Virus record (IMG/VR): IMGVR_UViG_3300020186_000013
Span: 124,001-188,000 of that record
Length of the DNA stretch: 64,000 nucleotides
Strand: one strand, 5' to 3'
Shown here: piece after piece, positions 26,104-34,921 of the stretch
Layout: every line of letters begins with the position of its first letter
Position numbering within the stretch: the stretch's first letter is position 1
Notes under the pieces: generated by a model
Seen by the model: the letters and a program-made list of their open reading frames with translations, nothing else
What the model was told of the DNA's origin: nothing
Databases searched by the model: none
Position numbers and translations under genes: made by a program

Positions 26104-28431
26104 CTACAGCTCACACTTGTCCCCGCTGCACGCATACGTCCGAGAACCCGTGGTGGTGTCGACCTCCTCGTACCGTGGCAGCTTCGCCCAGTCGATGACC
26201 GGGAACTTCGCAGCCAGCTCGTTGTACTGCTCCTCGGTGACCACCTCGTTGGGAGCCGCCTTGTAGCTGCCGTTGTCCCACGGCAGGAAGGAGATGCCCG
26301 TAATCTCGTCGAAGTGCTCCCACACCCACGTGCCAACCGCAGGCCACTCATGGTCCTTGACGTAGATCGTCACCGAGCAAGAGTGATCCGCCCAGTGCCG
26401 TTTCCACAGCAACCAGTTCTCCAGCTGCTGCATGGCCGTCACGTCTTCGCGGAGGGTGCAGCCCTCGGGGTTCTTCTTGATCCACGAGAACGCGACCAGG
26501 GACGGGTCTTCGGGGGCCACCTCCCACGGCACGCCCGACTCCTTGAGGAACTTGCACATCGGGGTGTGCATCGACTCGCGGGTCCGACGGATCTGGTGGC
26601 GACCGAACCGTGGCGACAGACCCGAGCCGCAGTCGAAGAACACGGCCGAGTCGCCGCTGGGCTTCACGGTGGTGTCGGCTGCCGACCGGTTGATGCCGAA
26701 CCGTTTGGCCAGCATCTCGTTCGTCTCGGTCACGATCTGCTTGAGGGCCGTCAGCAGTTCCTCGCGACCGGGAGCACCCGGCTGGAGCAGCGGACAGTCC
26801 GCGTGGCCGGTGATGTCGACGCCGAGCAGCCGCTCCTCGTCGCAGTTCTTCTTCCAGTCCTTGCGGATGTACTGGAAGTTGGTGCAGCACGACTGGAGGG
26901 TGCCGAAGTAGGTCGCCGCCCGCACCTTCTCCATCAGCGTTTCCTTCGTGTCCTCCCGGCGGGCAACGGCGATCGAGAGGTTGCAGAACTGGAACGGCCG
27001 GAGCACGATTTCCGCACACGGGTTGCATCCGAACTTCCAGTTCTTGCGGCGGGCCGGGCGGTGTTTGCGGCACGCCTCGCGGTTGAAGATGCCCCGCTCC
27101 CCGGACTTCGACTTCACGAGGGCCAGCCACTCGTCCATGAAGTCCTCGACCGGGGGCTTCTCGTTGTACGCGGCCGAGTTGTTGGCCATCGACAGGAAAT
27201 CCCGATCACGCCACCACTCGCCATGCTTGGCGTGCCGCATGTTGCGGCTGTTCAGGTCGGAGATGGAGATGCAGGACGCACGCCGTACGCCGCCCACCTG
27301 GACGATCTTGCCGATCATGCAGCAGATGCAGTGGACATCGTAATCCGACAGGCGGCGACCCTGAGCCGCCAAGATGACGCCACGCACGAACGTCAGGAGC
27401 TGGACGAGGGATTCCGGACCTGACGCCCGCCCACCCTTGGTAATCAGGCGTGTGCCCGCCTTCCGCACGTCGTTCGTGTCGAACTCCACGTCCTCGCCCG
27501 AGAACCACTTTGTGATCCCGAACAGCAAGGCGTCGCACCACCCCTCGGTGGAATCCTTGACCTTGTACTTGTACTTCTTGGCGTGCTTGCCCTTCCCCTG
27601 CCGCTTGACGCGGGGGAGATCGTCAACGTAGTCGGTCTCGACCGAGAAGCCGCCGCCGGTGCCCTGCATGAGGATGTAGAGCAACTCGGCAAACGAGAAG
27701 AGATCCTTGATCGGGTGGTAGGCACAGTTGTAGGCACCGACGTGGCACCGTTCGAGGGCAGGACCGGCCATCTGCACGACACGCATCGCGGGGCTGGACT
27801 TCAGCTCGAACATCATCTTGCGGAGCCAGACGACCTCCTCGGACTTGAGGTGGCCGAACTGCGGGATGGTGCCGAACCAGTCGAAGACGCGGTTGTTGCA
27901 CTCTTGCCACGTCTCGCGGCGGTTGTCCTTCTCACGCCACCGGGAGAACTTGGAAAGGAACTGGTAATACTGGAGCGGGCTGGGGAAGTGCTGGGCGTCT
28001 TCGGTGATCGCCTCAGTAACGTGGGCCGGGATCGGCCGTTCCTCGCGAGTCTTACGACGCTCCTCGCGGTAAAGCGTGTAGTGCTCGGCAGCTTCGGCCA
28101 AGCCGTCCGCCCACAACTGAGTAATGACGGCCCGCTGCACCTCTTCGATCGTCATCGCCGACACGCTCTGGGCGGCGAAGTAATTCACGACTCTGACGGT
28201 GACGGCCTCGACCGTGTCGTGCGAGTCGTCAGGCGTGACGTTGAGTCCGTTTTGAAAGCAGCGGGTGACGGCGTGGCGAATCTTGGTACAGTCGAACGGC
28301 TCGGTGCGGCCGTCGCGTTTGGTGACCTTCCAGTCCTGGGACAAAACTTCCGGGGTGAGCGTCTTGCCGTTAGCGTCCTGACGGCTCTGGTAATTACGAC
28401 GCGACGACGCACTTGCAACGCCATGACTCAT
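26104..28431 (-). CDS. nrdJ: Class II (adenosylcobalamin-dependent) ribonucleotide reductase with an N-terminal ATP cone
   Basis: VTKRDG ATP cone, YNCA, GTGGGFS, GGVRR, ANNS, GCNPCAEI, TTVKPSG, C-terminal CSGDKCEL. Confidence 0.93.
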   Translation of the reverse strand: MSHGVASASSRRNYQSRQDANGKTLTPEVLSQDWKVTKRDGRTEPFDCTKIRHAVTRCFQNGLNVTPDDSHDTVEAVTVRVVNYFAAQSVSAMTIEEVQRAVITQLWADGLAEAAEHYTLYREERRKTREERPIPAHVTEAITEDAQHFPSPLQYYQFLSKFSRWREKDNRRETWQECNNRVFDWFGTIPQFGHLKSEEVVWLRKMMFELKSSPAMRVVQMAGPALERCHVGAYNCAYHPIKDLFSFAELLYILMQGTGGGFSVETDYVDDLPRVKRQGKGKHAKKYKYKVKDSTEGWCDALLFGITKWFSGEDVEFDTNDVRKAGTRLITKGGRASGPESLVQLLTFVRGVILAAQGRRLSDYDVHCICCMIGKIVQVGGVRRASCISISDLNSRNMRHAKHGEWWRDRDFLSMANNSAAYNEKPPVEDFMDEWLALVKSKSGERGIFNREACRKHRPARRKNWKFGCNPCAEIVLRPFQFCNLSIAVARREDTKETLMEKVRAATYFGTLQSCCTNFQYIRKDWKKNCDEERLLGVDITGHADCPLLQPGAPGREELLTALKQIVTETNEMLAKRFGINRSAADTTVKPSGDSAVFFDCGSGLSPRFGRHQIRRTRESMHTPMCKFLKESGVPWEVAPEDPSLVAFSWIKKNPEGCTLREDVTAMQQLENWLLWKRHWADHSCSVTIYVKDHEWPAVGTWVWEHFDEITGISFLPWDNGSYKAAPNEVVTEEQYNELAAKFPVIDWAKLPRYEEVDTTTGSRTYACSGDKCEL

Positions 28432-28530
28432 GGCATCTTCCTCCGACAAATTGGGGATGGGAACAAAACACCAGTGCCGACCTGTCCCGCGATTCCTTCC
28501 GGACAGACCTACCGCACCCGCATCCTCGAC

Positions 28531-28983
28531 CTACTTCAGCCAGACCGTACCCCGCACGGGGTCGACGGCGTATGACGCAGGTTCGTCGGGTGGCGGCAGG
28601 TTGAACACACGCAACAGAACGTGGTTCCCGGCGAACGACCCTTGGATCAAGACCTCGGGACCGTCCATATCACCATTGTAGAGAGTGGGTGCAGACCAAC
28701 CCACTTTCTCGACCACCGACATCGCCGACAAAATGCGGGTCACATCGAGGCAAAAGCCGGACACGCAGCGGTGCCCGTCGTTGGCCCCGCCCCGCCATTC
28801 GTTGGGCGTGGGGAACACGGAAACCATCCAACCAGGAAACGAGTTATGAGGGTTGGTCGGCTCCCACAGACGATACCCCAAGGGGCCGATAAAGCCCAGA
28901 GGGGTCATGGCTGAGAGGACGGTCTCGACCAGGGCGTCCACCCACTTGGGGGGCTCGCAGGTGTGGATCTCGAACACACTCAC
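28531..28983 (-). CDS. Hypothetical protein
   Basis: 150 aa; fits between neighbours. Confidence 0.65.
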   Translation of the reverse strand: MSVFEIHTCEPPKWVDALVETVLSAMTPLGFIGPLGYRLWEPTNPHNSFPGWMVSVFPTPNEWRGGANDGHRCVSGFCLDVTRILSAMSVVEKVGWSAPTLYNGDMDGPEVLIQGSFAGNHVLLRVFNLPPPDEPASYAVDPVRGTVWLK

Positions 28984-28996
28984 GGCGTACTCACGG

Positions 28997-30517
28997 TTAC
29001 TCGGAGCTTCCCTGCCCCTGGACTTTTTGTTTCTTGTGCCTACGGGCCGTACTCAAAATCGACGGACCGAACTCACCAAGTCGGACACCGTTGAACGCCC
29101 GGTTGTCCCAGTACACATCGGCCATGACCTTGCCGCTGGAACCAGGAGGCTGGTCGGGGTTCTCGTTGATGTGGTCAAAGGGGATGCCATGCTCCTCCAT
29201 CCACGTCTCGATCAACTTCGGGTTGTTGCGAACCGTGAAGATGATAATCCGAACGCCCGCTTCGTGTAAGAGCTTCATCCACTTCTTCGCCCCGCGACGG
29301 GGCAGACCGATGAAGTCCGGGTCATGCGGCTGCTTCTCCTCGGCCAGCGTCCCGTCGAGGTCAACGGCCACCGAGAACCGGCGTTCCTTGTAGTCGGCAG
29401 CCGTCTTGTCGGCGTAGTGGTTGATGACCTTGACGGACGGATCAGACCGCCACCGGGGAAGGTACGCCTTGTAGATCTGAGTGCCGACCTTGGCCTTGGC
29501 CACCCGCTGCTTCCGCCACTCAAGCTCGTCGAGGCCCATGGCCTTCGGGTTGTACTTGCTACTCGACCGGTCGCGGGTCAATCGCTGCTCGACGAGGCGA
29601 TCAAGCGGCGTGTCGATGAGGTGCCGCTCGTGGGCCTTGCGCAACTCAGGATCACCGTGCATGAGCTGCACGCCCTCAATGATCGACGGCACCTTGGCCT
29701 TCCGGATCGCATCCTCAACGAGCTTGCGGTTGTTCAAGCGACGCATGGCGTTCTTCTCTTCGGGGTCGAGGTGAGACACCTCCATGCCCTTCCACTGCTT
29801 CCACAACGGGTGGGCGTCGAGTGATACATGAGGCATCTTGTTTTCGCCCGACAACTTCTTGGCGTAGGTCGTCTTGCCTGCCCCCGAGAAACCTGTGACG
29901 AGGATGTGCTTCAAAGCTGGCGGCAGCCCCTTCAGGTGCTTGAGCACCTCCATACGCTTCGCGTTCGCTGCCACCAGCGTCGGACTCAGGCCGTCCTGCT
30001 TCGACATGGCCATGGCTTCGTCAATGTCGTAAAGTCCCACGCCCTTGCGGGACACCGGCTCAACCAGCTTGTTACCGTGGGGCTCGCCCAGATCGCCGAC
30101 GAAGTAGTGCGTCCGGGAACCCCGGTAGGTCTTGGCCCGCTCGGCCTGCTTTTTTCCGCTGTAGGGCGGCGACCAGTCCAACTCGTGCGGGTCGAATGGA
30201 AGAGGTCGGGGGTTGTGGACGTGGTATCCGCTTTCTTCCGCGAACTCGCGGACCGCAGCCGTCGCCGGGTCTTCACCAGGGTCGATGCCGCCACCGAACG
30301 TCAGGAAGTTGCCAGCGTCAGCGAGACCCCCGAAGATTTTGCCGTCCTTCATGGCAAACATCTCGGCACGATCGCGGTACGGCTTCGGGTTGCTTTCTTG
30401 CGTGACGCCAGGCAGACTGGTACTCAGAGCCGCCAACGCAGCCTTCGTCAGGCTGAGGCGGTCTTCCGGGACCCGTGGGGCCAGAATCCGCAAGATCGGA
30501 TCTTCGGACTCAAACAT
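28997..30517 (-). CDS. Tri-domain NUDIX hydrolase / P-loop kinase / HAD phosphatase
   Basis: Nudix box GGGIDPGEDPATAAVREFAEESG; Walker A GFSGAGKT; HAD motif VDLDGTL..FTVR..K...DVYWD. Confidence 0.85.
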   Translation of the reverse strand: MFESEDPILRILAPRVPEDRLSLTKAALAALSTSLPGVTQESNPKPYRDRAEMFAMKDGKIFGGLADAGNFLTFGGGIDPGEDPATAAVREFAEESGYHVHNPRPLPFDPHELDWSPPYSGKKQAERAKTYRGSRTHYFVGDLGEPHGNKLVEPVSRKGVGLYDIDEAMAMSKQDGLSPTLVAANAKRMEVLKHLKGLPPALKHILVTGFSGAGKTTYAKKLSGENKMPHVSLDAHPLWKQWKGMEVSHLDPEEKNAMRRLNNRKLVEDAIRKAKVPSIIEGVQLMHGDPELRKAHERHLIDTPLDRLVEQRLTRDRSSSKYNPKAMGLDELEWRKQRVAKAKVGTQIYKAYLPRWRSDPSVKVINHYADKTAADYKERRFSVAVDLDGTLAEEKQPHDPDFIGLPRRGAKKWMKLLHEAGVRIIIFTVRNNPKLIETWMEEHGIPFDHINENPDQPPGSSGKVMADVYWDNRAFNGVRLGEFGPSILSTARRHKKQKVQGQGSSE

Positions 30518-30546
30518 TGACTTGTCCCCTTTTGGGGTGATAAGCT
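30517..30546 (+). promoter_or_regulatory. Sigma70-like promoter for csrA
   Basis: TTGACT-N18-TAAGCT with a TG extension, 43 nt before the ATG. Confidence 0.55.
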
Positions 30547-30588
30547 AACCACGCCTCGGAAACGCTGACAACTCGAAAGGAGTCGATC

Positions 30589-30783
30589 ATGCTCGTACTT
30601 TCACGCAAGGCCGGCGAGAAGATCCACATTGGCGACAACATCGTGTTGACCATCGTCGAGGTTCGCGGCAACAAGGTTCGCCTCGGCCTCGTGGCCCCGG
30701 CCGACGTTGCCGTGCACCGCGAAGAGGTCTTCGAGGCGATCAAGGCGTCGCAGGCGAACGCAGAGGTCGCGGCCCGGAGCTAG
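30589..30783 (+). CDS. csrA: Carbon storage regulator CsrA/RsmA
   Basis: MLVLSRKAGEKIHIGDNI...VRLGLVAPADVAVHREEV; AAGGAG RBS. Confidence 0.95.
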   Translation: MLVLSRKAGEKIHIGDNIVLTIVEVRGNKVRLGLVAPADVAVHREEVFEAIKASQANAEVAARS

Positions 30784-31331
30784 TCCGAGTCCGCCTTGCG
30801 GGTGCCGTTGCGACCGAGAACGCCGCGACGGCGAACCGCACACGTGATGTGGAAGTCGTACTCGCCCCCTTTGGGGCGAGACGACAGCCCGTAAGACCGC
30901 CGCAGCTTCTGAAGTTCCGGTGAGTGGATCGTTGTAAACCACACCTTCTCCACGCCCGGCCACCCGTCAGGCTCCACTTCCTTCAGCCTCCCCAGCGTGT
31001 ACGTGAACTGCTTGCCACGCTCCGTGATCTTGTCGACGCCGCCGATCTCCTCGACCTCTTCCTTGCGGATGACCGAGATGTGAGCGTTGAACGGCTGGTC
31101 GCCGTGGCCCGGCGGCAACTCGACGCCCGGCTCCCTCATAGACTTGAAGATGCCTCGCACCATGGCGTTGGGCACGGTGAGCATGATCCAGCCGCCGGGC
31201 GTCGCGTAGAGCGTCCCCGCCAGGTTGTACACCGGGACAGGGACACCAGCCTCCTTGACAAACCGCTGGCCCAGGATGAAAGCAACCCGCTGGTGCACAG
31301 CGGGGCCGTTCGACACAGATAGCAGCGACAC
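30780..31331 (-). CDS. 2H phosphoesterase
   Basis: Two HxS/T motifs: AHISV and FHITC. Confidence 0.75.
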   Translation of the reverse strand: MSLLSVSNGPAVHQRVAFILGQRFVKEAGVPVPVYNLAGTLYATPGGWIMLTVPNAMVRGIFKSMREPGVELPPGHGDQPFNAHISVIRKEEVEEIGGVDKITERGKQFTYTLGRLKEVEPDGWPGVEKVWFTTIHSPELQKLRRSYGLSSRPKGGEYDFHITCAVRRRGVLGRNGTRKADSD

Positions 31332-31340
31332 GGTAGCCTC

Positions 31341-31781
31341 CTACTTAACGGTCGGCACGACGGTGAAGTACAACGTGAGGGCGGCGATGACGGCGGTGAC
31401 GATCATACCGAGTACGCCCGCGACGATCTGCCCCCGTGACACGATCTTGGCCGTGTTCATGCCGTTGAAGTGTTTGTTGAGCTGGGTGATTCCGGTGGCA
31501 AGGTTGGCCAGGCTGTGCTGGATGAGGATGTGCTCAGTCTCAAGGTGGGACATCCGCTGCATGAGGGACGGCTGGCCGTTGCCGTCGCGGACGATTACCA
31601 ACAGACTGGCGATGCTGTCATTAAGGGTGATCTGACTCTGTTGCATCTGACCCACGCACGCCGCCATCTTCACCTCGGCCGAGTGTGCGTCACGAAGGTC
31701 CTCCCGGAGTTGATCGACCGAGACCGTGAGCGTCTCCATGCCGGCGGTCAGTTTGATGATGGACTGTTCGGTAGCGTTCAT
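31341..31781 (-). CDS. Coiled-coil protein with a C-terminal TM helix (holin/XhlA-like architecture)
   Basis: Start MNATEQ at 31781 with GGAG RBS; heptad pattern; terminal IVAGVLGMIVTAVIAALTLYF. Confidence 0.6.
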   Translation of the reverse strand: MNATEQSIIKLTAGMETLTVSVDQLREDLRDAHSAEVKMAACVGQMQQSQITLNDSIASLLVIVRDGNGQPSLMQRMSHLETEHILIQHSLANLATGITQLNKHFNGMNTAKIVSRGQIVAGVLGMIVTAVIAALTLYFTVVPTVK

Positions 31782-31812
31782 CTGCAACTCCGTTTGCAGT
31801 TCGGGGCGAAGA

Positions 31813-32035
31813 GAGTGTCGTCGGCCGTGCTTGCCTCCCAGGATCGCCCACTCTGGGTCCAACGCCTCACCTCTTGCGAGGCTGGGCAACACGGTGGCTT
31901 AGCGGCGTTCCACCGATACCTCCAGGCACCCGGCCTTTCCGCCACGGTGCCCTTACCTCGGGTTTACGGCAGTCCCTGCCAACCCACGCTTACCTGCCGA
32001 CGCCAGCAGCAAGGCAAGCACGACCGACGACACCC
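31813..32035 (-). ncRNA. Candidate ~223-nt structured RNA (sRNA or 5' leader) closed by a 24-bp terminal helix
   Basis: Arms 32012-32035 and 31813-31836 pair fully on the minus strand (both deviations are G-U); several internal hairpins; promoter directly upstream. Confidence 0.65.
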
Positions 32036-32037
32036 GC

Positions 32038-32067
32038 ATTATCAAGGCAATCGTGCTTCAAAATCAA
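32038..32067 (-). promoter_or_regulatory. Sigma70-like promoter for the structured RNA
   Basis: TTGATT-N18-GATAAT; predicted start falls within the first bases of the 5' helix arm. Confidence 0.5.
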
Positions 32068-32348
32068 GCCGGAGGAGCTTTGCGGGCAGGCACAGACACT
32101 CGGTGACCGGTGAACTCGCGGGCCTTGTGATATTTCCGGCCACACTCGCAGCGGGCACTGAGTGTCGCCAGGGCACGATCGACACTCTGCTGCGTGTGGC
32201 TCCAAACGGGGCCTACGACCGTTTCCGCCCACTGACACTGCACGTACACGCAGATTTGTTTGACCTTCTTCTCGTTTAGAGCTGACGCGAAGTGCACCGA
32301 AGCGGGGGCGACGAACTTGGACTTCTTCCGTGGTCGAAGGGGTGGCAT
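32064..32348 (-). CDS. Small basic Cys-containing protein
   Basis: 94 aa; GGAGG RBS; CEC...H. Confidence 0.6.
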   Translation of the reverse strand: MPPLRPRKKSKFVAPASVHFASALNEKKVKQICVYVQCQWAETVVGPVWSHTQQSVDRALATLSARCECGRKYHKAREFTGHRVSVPARKAPPA

Positions 32349-32361
32349 TATTTCCTCCGTG

Positions 32362-32571
32362 TTAGCCGTTAATGTCGTCGAGCGGCTTACCCTCTATGGC
32401 TCGGTTGTAGCCCCGACGCCACGCTCCGCGACGTTGCCGTTGTACGCCCTGGCCGATCTTGTACGGTTGATCGTTACGACCGGCCAGGGCGTCTTCGTAC
32501 CCTCGACGGTAGCACGAGAAGAGATGCTTCTGCCAGCGAAACTTGGCGTCGCGTGGGTGTACCTTGGACAT
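32362..32571 (-). CDS. Ribosome modulation factor (RMF)-like protein
   Basis: YRRGYEDALAGRNDQPY...RGAWRRGY parallels RMF HQRGYQAGIAGRSKEMCPY...RSQWLGGW. Confidence 0.55.
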   Translation of the reverse strand: MSKVHPRDAKFRWQKHLFSCYRRGYEDALAGRNDQPYKIGQGVQRQRRGAWRRGYNRAIEGKPLDDING

Positions 32572-32585
32572 TGGCGGTGCCTATG

Positions 32586-32624
32586 AAAATTGACCGGCCG
32601 GGTAGTCATTACCCGGCCGGTCAA
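32586..32624 (-). terminator. Intrinsic terminator
   Basis: 15-bp perfect stem TTGACCGGCCGGGTA/TACCCGGCCGGTCAA, followed by TTTT on the minus strand. Confidence 0.7.
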
Positions 32625-32666
32625 CCTGGTGTCCTCCGTCCCCGGAGGACTTGATCGGACGGGGAT

Positions 32667-32975
32667 TTACTTCGCCTTCTTGGCCTTCTTCCCCTCGTCC
32701 GTGATCTGATAGATCTTGTGGATGCTACTGGTCTCCGGATCGCTGCTCTCACCCGTCACGGACAACCACCCCTTCTTCGTGCAAGACTCGACCGTCTCGC
32801 GGTCGGCCTTGGCACCAGCGACGGCCGTTCCCTTCGCCGTCTCAACCGTGGTAGCCGACTTGGGCTTACCGTCCTTGGTCACAGTCCGAACACTGATCCG
32901 TCGTCCGCCGGCAATCACGTCCAAGATCGCCTTCTGCTTTGGTGTCGGTTTGGACACCTTCACTGTCGTCGCCAC
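32667..32975 (-). CDS. Small Lys-rich protein, winged-helix-like DNA binder
   Basis: GGAGG before the GTG start; TPKQKAIL...KKGWL...YQITDEG. Confidence 0.6.
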   Translation of the reverse strand: MATTVKVSKPTPKQKAILDVIAGGRRISVRTVTKDGKPKSATTVETAKGTAVAGAKADRETVESCTKKGWLSVTGESSDPETSSIHKIYQITDEGKKAKKAK

Positions 32976-33075
32976 GCTATCCTCCATCAGTTGTAACACG
33001 TCGCAGCGGACACGCCAAGTGTCCGCGTAAACAAAGCGAGGGCGATCGTACACCGCCCCGCCGATCCGTTGAAGC

Positions 33076-34866
33076 TCAGTCGTCTTCTTTTTTCAGTTTG
33101 ATGATCTTACGCGGCAGTCGCTCCATCTTCTTGTGGAACGCCTCACGGGCCTTTTCCTTCCGCTCTTCGATCGCCTTCTTGTGGGCCTTATCGCTCATCG
33201 CCTCCTTGAGTGACTCCGACAACGGGGCCGCGACCGGGGTGACGCTGCTGCCGCCGACGTACTGCTGGGGCGTGGCCACGTGGGTGACCTTGATGGGGGT
33301 CGTCGAGAAGACCACATTCGCCAGGAAGGACGTCAGCAGGACAGACGAGTGCTCGCTCAGTGGGGCCTTCTCGTCGAGGAAGTCCCGGAAGTTCTTGCCG
33401 ATCTCCTCGACGACCTGTTCCGCTTCGTAGTGGGTCTTGCCCGGCACCACGCAGCACCGCGTCAACTGAGCCAGGTACGCAAAGTTCTTCTTGAGCAGCG
33501 GCAGCAGGAAGGCCACCTGAGCCCGGATCTTGTCGTAAGTGTCGAGCTGCTCGGCCACCTTCTTCGCTGCCTCAATGATCTTGGCAGGGTCCTCAGACGG
33601 CGGCGGACCCTTGGGCAGCGTCCGCGTCTCGGGCACCCCCGCGAACAGGAACGCCATCAGATCGTCCGGCATGTCGGCCTTGTCGATCAGCTTCTCGGCA
33701 AAGCGCTTCTTAATCCACGGCGACACGATGAACTTCTCCGGCGGCTTGACCGTGGTCATCGTCACCGGCTTGGCGGGCGGGTTCTTCAACTCCTCCGTGC
33801 TCTTGGCGTGCGTCTTCGACATCGTCAGAGCCTCGGTCAGCGTGACGCCCATGGTCGAGCAAATGGCACTGAGGTGCTTCTTCTCTTCATCGGTCAACGC
33901 GGCAATGGTCGCCGCGACGAGTCCGCCCATGTCCGCAGGCACGTGGTACGAGGACGGGATCACAGGCCCCAGTGCGATCTCGGGCTCCTCGGTGCTCGGG
34001 GGCAGCTTCAGCTTGTTCTTCTCGGCCCACTTCTGGACCTCGGTGCTAAACTTGACGGGCGTGACCTGGTTGTGGGCACCCGGCACCAGCCGCATCAGCT
34101 GGTCGGTCATGATGACCAGGTTGTACTCCAGGGACTGCTTCTCCTTGGGCGTCTCGGCCTTGTCGCGTGCCGAGTACAGCTTGGCGATGCCGTCTTGCAG
34201 ATACTTCTGCTTCTTGGCCCGAGCTTCGAGGGACATGTCGACGACGGCTTGCGGCTCCTTGCCAGCCTTGCGACTGGTCAGCTCGACCGTGAACGCCGCT
34301 GCCCACTCCTGGTTGACGCGACAGCCGCACGGGTTGAGAGTGTACGTAAGAACCGGAATCTGCTCGATCATCGGCGACCCGGAGTCGATGTCGATCTGCC
34401 CGTTGGGCAGGGGGTACGCCTCCTTGCCGCCGTCGAGACAGCGGACACGCTGGCAGCAACTCGGGCAAGTAATGTGGGGCTTCTGGGCCAACGCCTTCTC
34501 GTCGGCGATCGAATCAAACAGCATGTGGTCTGGCCTCTTCCCGCCGACGTACCTCTTTTTGACCCCGCCCTCCCTGTGTGGGTCATTCCCAGGTCCCGAC
34601 CGGCCGGAGTAGATGTCTTCGCGGTCGTCCAGCCCGCCGGTCGCTTTGGCCCCGTAGCCAACGTCCTGCTTCATGGCGGTGGGCGATTCACTAGGTACTA
34701 TTGTAAGTTCGTGACTTGCTTTCTGGCACTCCATGCCCCCGGCGACGGCGAGGAGGTAGGAGTCGTAGGCGTCATCGGCGGGCTTCCTGCCCTCGGTCAC
34801 CGTCGCGATCTTGGCGAGCATGGACGCCCGGAGATTCTGGAACTTGGCGGCGGACTGTGAAAGCAT
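33076..34866 (-). CDS. Hypothetical protein with Cys clusters
   Basis: ORF track 33076..34947; GGGAGG RBS favours MLSQS at 34866; CPSCC and PCGC. Confidence 0.75.
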   Translation of the reverse strand: MLSQSAAKFQNLRASMLAKIATVTEGRKPADDAYDSYLLAVAGGMECQKASHELTIVPSESPTAMKQDVGYGAKATGGLDDREDIYSGRSGPGNDPHREGGVKKRYVGGKRPDHMLFDSIADEKALAQKPHITCPSCCQRVRCLDGGKEAYPLPNGQIDIDSGSPMIEQIPVLTYTLNPCGCRVNQEWAAAFTVELTSRKAGKEPQAVVDMSLEARAKKQKYLQDGIAKLYSARDKAETPKEKQSLEYNLVIMTDQLMRLVPGAHNQVTPVKFSTEVQKWAEKNKLKLPPSTEEPEIALGPVIPSSYHVPADMGGLVAATIAALTDEEKKHLSAICSTMGVTLTEALTMSKTHAKSTEELKNPPAKPVTMTTVKPPEKFIVSPWIKKRFAEKLIDKADMPDDLMAFLFAGVPETRTLPKGPPPSEDPAKIIEAAKKVAEQLDTYDKIRAQVAFLLPLLKKNFAYLAQLTRCCVVPGKTHYEAEQVVEEIGKNFRDFLDEKAPLSEHSSVLLTSFLANVVFSTTPIKVTHVATPQQYVGGSSVTPVAAPLSESLKEAMSDKAHKKAIEERKEKAREAFHKKMERLPRKIIKLKKEDD

Positions 34867-34895
34867 GAGGGGCCTCCCTTTCGGTGGCCCCTCAG

Positions 34896-34913
34896 TTAGA
34901 AACCAGCTTCTAG
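34896..34913. promoter_or_regulatory. Pseudo-palindrome copy TTAGAAACCAGCTTCTAG
   Basis: Lies between the 34922 stop and the 34866 start; 14/18 match to the 14438 copy. Confidence 0.45.
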
Positions 34914-34921
34914 GAGCCGCG

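Noticed and set aside
26104-28431. Intein or intron in nrdJ
   Set aside because: Motifs are contiguous and the length is normal for an ATP-cone class II enzyme.
31813-32035. Retron msr-msd or a MITE/IS remnant
   Set aside because: No reverse transcriptase or transposase in the window, no target duplication or second copy seen, and strand-specific G-U pairs favour a functional RNA.
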